Below are positions 60,647-64,000 of a DNA stretch of 64,000 nucleotides, in pieces (within the stretch, counting starts at the first letter, position 1; every line of letters begins with the position of its first letter). The position numbers and the translations under genes were made by a program. The stretch lies in NCBI GenBank assembly GCA_963806225.1, contig CAWDXG010000001.1:1824001-1888000 (forward strand), in the 5' to 3' direction. The stretch is from an uncultured delta proteobacterium (GTDB taxonomy: Bacteria > Myxococcota_A > Polyangia > Polyangiales > Polyangiaceae). The notes beneath the pieces were generated by a model that was not told where the DNA came from, made no database searches, and saw only the letters and a list, made by a program, of their open reading frames with translations.

Positions 60647-61204
60647 ATGATCGAAGAGGTACTCACCGAGCTCCAGGAGGCCTCCGGGAAGGCCCAGGAA
60701 GCGCTGAAACGCGAGCTCTCCAGGCTGCGGACGGGTCGGGCCCACTCAGGCATGCTCGACAGTCTGCGGGTCGACTACTACGGGCAGTCGACGCCGATCT
60801 CCCAGATGGCGACCGTCAGCGTGCCGGAACCCCGCTTGCTGGCGGTAAAGCCCTGGGACAAGGGCCAGGTCAAGGCCATCGAAAAGGCCATCATGGAGAG
60901 CGATCTGGGGTTGAATCCCCAGGTGGACGGGGAGTTGATCCGGATCCCCGTTCCTGCGCTGAGCGAGGAGCGGCGCAAGGATCTCGTCAAGCTCGCCCGC
61001 AAGCACGGGGAGGAATGCAAGGTGAGCATCCGCAAGGCCCGCCACGAAGCGCTCGACATGCTCAGCGAGATGAAGCAGGGCGGCGACGCCAGCGAAGACG
61101 AGGTGGATCGGGCGAAAAAGCGGGCCGAGGAGATCGTGTCCGAGGCGGGCCACAGCGTGGATCACATCATCCAGTCGAAGGAAAAGGAGATCCTCACGGT
61201 CTAG
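60647..61204 (+). CDS. frr: Ribosome recycling factor
   Basis: RTGRA, VDYYG, DLGLNP, LSEERRK, KEKEI. Confidence 0.97.
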   Translation: MIEEVLTELQEASGKAQEALKRELSRLRTGRAHSGMLDSLRVDYYGQSTPISQMATVSVPEPRLLAVKPWDKGQVKAIEKAIMESDLGLNPQVDGELIRIPVPALSEERRKDLVKLARKHGEECKVSIRKARHEALDMLSEMKQGGDASEDEVDRAKKRAEEIVSEAGHSVDHIIQSKEKEILTV

Positions 61205-61416
61205 TCGGGCCCCCGTTCCGGGGGCCTTGCATCCAGCTGGGGAGCGCTTTTCCGCCGCGTAGCGCGGCCTCCTGGGCATCCGCGGGTTCCTGTCCGCGGT
61301 CCGCCCTCGGCCGCCGTTCTTGACAAGCTTCCGCCCCCCGTGAAATTTCTCCTACAGGTGTCTCCGACCCTGCCTGCGGGGCGTCCAGGGGATGGCCCAG
61401 AAGGAACGGCTTCCGA

Positions 61417-62355
61417 ATGCGTGCAGTAGCGGCCGGTATCAGCGACGTTGGGCTGCAGCGTGATCACAACGAGGACAGCTATGCCATCCTGAACGAGCAG
61501 GAGCTGTACGTTGTTGCCGACGGCATGGGAGGTCACCGTGCCGGCGACGTCGCGAGCAGGCTGGCCACGGACGCCATCGTGGACTTCTTTCGCGCCACGG
61601 CGGCCGAGGACGTCACGTGGCCGTTCCACTTCGACGCCCGCCTCAGCGAAGAGGAAAACCGCCTGCTGACCGGGATCCGGATTGCGAACCGCCAGATCAT
61701 CGAGCGGAGCGCGCATTCGCGGGAGTGCCACGGGATGGGCACCACGGTGGTGGGCGCGCTCTTCAGCCCGAAGAAGAAGAAGATGTACATCGGCCACGTC
61801 GGCGACAGTCGCGCGTACCGGATCCGCGGCGGGAAGATCGCGCAGATGACCCGCGACCACTCGTTGGTGAACGACTACCTGCTCGCCATGCCCGAGCTGA
61901 CGGAGGAGCAGCGAAGCGAGCTGCCGAAGAACGTCATCACCCGCGCGCTCGGCATGCAGGACCACGTCACGGTCGATCTGCAGAGTGATGACGCGCAGCC
62001 TCGTGACCTGTACGTGCTCTGTTCAGATGGACTGAGCGGCATGATCGAGGACGACGAGATCCTCGAAGTGGTCGGCGGGACCGACGACCTGGAGGAGGCC
62101 TGCCGGCGCCTGGTGGCGCTCGCCAACGAGCACGGCGGCGAAGACAACATCACTGCGCTCATCGTGCGGATCGAGGACGGAGCGGACGAGGAGAAGCTCA
62201 GCTTCAGCGACACACTCCCGCGGCCACCCGGGGTGGCGCCGGTCCAGGCGGTGGAACCGGTCGAGGAGACCGCGGACACGCCTCCAGCGGGCGTTCCCGC
62301 AGTCGCGCCTGCGGACACGCCGCCCGAAGGCGAAGCGCCGCCCACCGGCGACTAG
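61417..62355 (+). CDS. PP2C (Stp1/IreP-type) Ser/Thr phosphatase
   Basis: RDHNED, VADGMGG, HVGDSRAY, CSDGL, GGEDNIT; TTGACA at 61320. Confidence 0.94.
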   Translation: MRAVAAGISDVGLQRDHNEDSYAILNEQELYVVADGMGGHRAGDVASRLATDAIVDFFRATAAEDVTWPFHFDARLSEEENRLLTGIRIANRQIIERSAHSRECHGMGTTVVGALFSPKKKKMYIGHVGDSRAYRIRGGKIAQMTRDHSLVNDYLLAMPELTEEQRSELPKNVITRALGMQDHVTVDLQSDDAQPRDLYVLCSDGLSGMIEDDEILEVVGGTDDLEEACRRLVALANEHGGEDNITALIVRIEDGADEEKLSFSDTLPRPPGVAPVQAVEPVEETADTPPAGVPAVAPADTPPEGEAPPTGD

Positions 62356-62409
62356 GACGGCGAAGCGCCGCCCACTAACGACCAGGACGGCCGGGTCTAG
62401 CGACTCGCG

Positions 62410-62961
62410 CTACTGGTCGCAGTTCTCGAACACGAAGAAGCCGTCGGCTTGGCAGTACGTGCTCGGCGAGGTCGGGTTGACGAAGCCGGGGCAAAGGAAA
62501 TGCGCCCAGATGCGTCCACCCGCGAGCTGGATCGGCGTGACCGTGCAATCCGTGCCGTCCGGCGAGCTCATCGTGGTGGCGCTCGTGGGATCGAACGAGC
62601 CAATCGACGCTGTGCCGTCGGACGACTTCGGCACCTTGCCGTTGATCCGGAACGAGACACTGCCTTTGCGCATCGTGCCGGTCACGGTGAACGTGCTGCT
62701 GCCCTTGACGCTGCAACGCACGTAGGCGCCACCGTTGCCGTCCTCGACACGTGTACCGGGATCGGTCTGGCCCGGGGCCCGCGTACCGATCTGGGCATTG
62801 TGCGCCGGGAGGTTGCAGGTCTTCCCCGCCGGCGGGCTCGAGGAGGACGCGATGTGGATATACAGCGAGCCCTGGGCGGGCGGGGGTGCGGAGCCGCTGC
62901 AGCTACTCGCTGCAAGCGCCAGTAGCGACGCGGTGGCAAGGGCAAGCGTTCGAAGCATCAT
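62410..62961 (-). CDS. Hypothetical lipoprotein
   Basis: Lipobox ASSC; Cys-containing beta-rich domain. Confidence 0.7.
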   Translation of the reverse strand: MMLRTLALATASLLALAASSCSGSAPPPAQGSLYIHIASSSSPPAGKTCNLPAHNAQIGTRAPGQTDPGTRVEDGNGGAYVRCSVKGSSTFTVTGTMRKGSVSFRINGKVPKSSDGTASIGSFDPTSATTMSSPDGTDCTVTPIQLAGGRIWAHFLCPGFVNPTSPSTYCQADGFFVFENCDQ

Positions 62962-63006
62962 CGACTGTCTCCTCCTCTCGGAGCCCACGTATATCTAGCT
63001 CATCCC

Positions 63007-64000
63007 CTAGCGAGGGATCAAACGCAGGGCCTGCTCCAGGTCGGCCCACAGGTCTTCGGCGCCTTCCAGCCCGACGCTCAGGCGGACCAGGCTGTCCGAG
63101 ATGCCGATCTGTCGGCGGGTTTCGGCTGGAATCGAGGCGTGGGTCATGATGGCGGGGTGTTCCGCCAGCGACTCTACCCCGCCCAGGCTCTCGGCCAACG
63201 TGAAGATCCGGAGTGCTGCCAGGAAAGCGCTGGCCTGCTCCAGGCCCCCACGGAGCTCGACGCTGATCATGCCCCCGCCGCCTTCCATCTGGCGCTGGCA
63301 GAGCGCGTGGTCCGGGTGGCTCTCGAGACCCGGGTAGTGGACCCGTTCCACGTCCGGGTGCCCTTCCAGCCGCCGGGCCAGCCCGCTTGCGGTCTCGACA
63401 TGCCGCTGCATCCGGACCGGCAGGGTCTTCAGCCCGCGTAGCACAAGGTAGCAGTCCATCGGGCTCGGGACGGCGCCGATCGCGTTCTGTAGAAACCGGA
63501 TGCGCTCGGCCAGCTCCGGGTCGCTGGTGACCAGCGCGCCGCCGACCACGTCCGAGTGGCCGTTGATGTACTTGGTGGTCGAGTGCATCACCACCGTGGC
63601 GCCCAGCTCCAGCGGGTGCTGGAGCGCTGGGGACGCGAAGGTGTTGTCGACCACCAGCGGCAGCGAGTGCGCTCGAGCGATCTCCGAGACGGCGCGGATA
63701 TCGAAGAGCTTCAGCATGGGATTGGTGGGCGTTTCCATCCAGACCAGCTTCGTGCGCTCGTCGATCGCGCTCTCGAGTCGCGCCGGATCGCGCAGATCGA
63801 CGAAGCTCGTCTCGACGCCCATCGGTCGCAGCACCTTGTCGAACAGCCGGAACGTGCCGCCGTACACGTCGTCGCCGGAGACGACCCGGTCGCCGGGGCG
63901 CAGCATGTGCAGCAGCGTGAGCGTGGCGGCGCTGCCGCTGCCGAAGCAGAAGCCGTGCTCGCCGCCCTCGAGCGCGGCGAGGCACTTTTCCAGCGCTTCG
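63007..64000 (-). CDS. metB: Cystathionine gamma-synthase/lyase (PLP), 5' end outside the window
   Basis: YGGT, ETPTNP, VVDNTF, HSTTKYINGHSD, AESLGGVESL, RLSVGLE. Confidence 0.9.
   Translation of the reverse strand, partial: EALEKCLAALEGGEHGFCFGSGSAATLTLLHMLRPGDRVVSGDDVYGGTFRLFDKVLRPMGVETSFVDLRDPARLESAIDERTKLVWMETPTNPMLKLFDIRAVSEIARAHSLPLVVDNTFASPALQHPLELGATVVMHSTTKYINGHSDVVGGALVTSDPELAERIRFLQNAIGAVPSPMDCYLVLRGLKTLPVRMQRHVETASGLARRLEGHPDVERVHYPGLESHPDHALCQRQMEGGGGMISVELRGGLEQASAFLAALRIFTLAESLGGVESLAEHPAIMTHASIPAETRRQIGISDSLVRLSVGLEGAEDLWADLEQALRLIPR

Noticed and set aside
62329..62391. 30-bp imperfect tandem duplication over the PP2C stop codon
   Set aside because: Two copies only; consistent with a local slippage duplication with no evident function.

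Overview
High-GC Myxococcota-like chromosome segment; the gene content (many Ser/Thr kinases, PEGA and MYXO-CTERM-type proteins, Gly/Cys-rich lipoproteins, DigR- and MglB-like genes) suggests a Polyangiaceae/Sorangiineae relative, which is an inference. 1-12.3 kb: housekeeping and aromatic amino-acid genes, including a prephenate dehydratase-ACT-DAHP synthase fusion, pheA, and a FadR regulator with a double palindromic operator. 12.3-28.4 kb: a ~16 kb island integrated at tRNA-Met(CAT), bounded by a ~133-bp direct repeat, with no visible integrase and filled with secreted-protein genes, gene fragments and IS91-like transposase remnants. 28.3-64 kb: S8/FG-GAP surface protease, digR, kup, recCBD, a sigma54-driven cusBA-type efflux operon, an orphan extended MglB, CcdA-thioredoxin, M50 protease, kinase-frr-PP2C and metB. 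The two most striking unannotated signals are (1) a ~160-nt sigma54-promoted sRNA candidate with three stem-loops and C-rich loops between digR and kup (Pxr-like architecture), and (2) a convergent DUF559 nuclease / four-helix-bundle gene pair that share the same 5' box, an RBS-sequestering hairpin with a near-identical tip and the same 3' motif, each preceded by its own repeat type. Clustered single-base frameshifts (about 28-32.6, 37-40 and 53-56 kb) look like long-read consensus errors. All family assignments come from motif recognition; no database searches were run.
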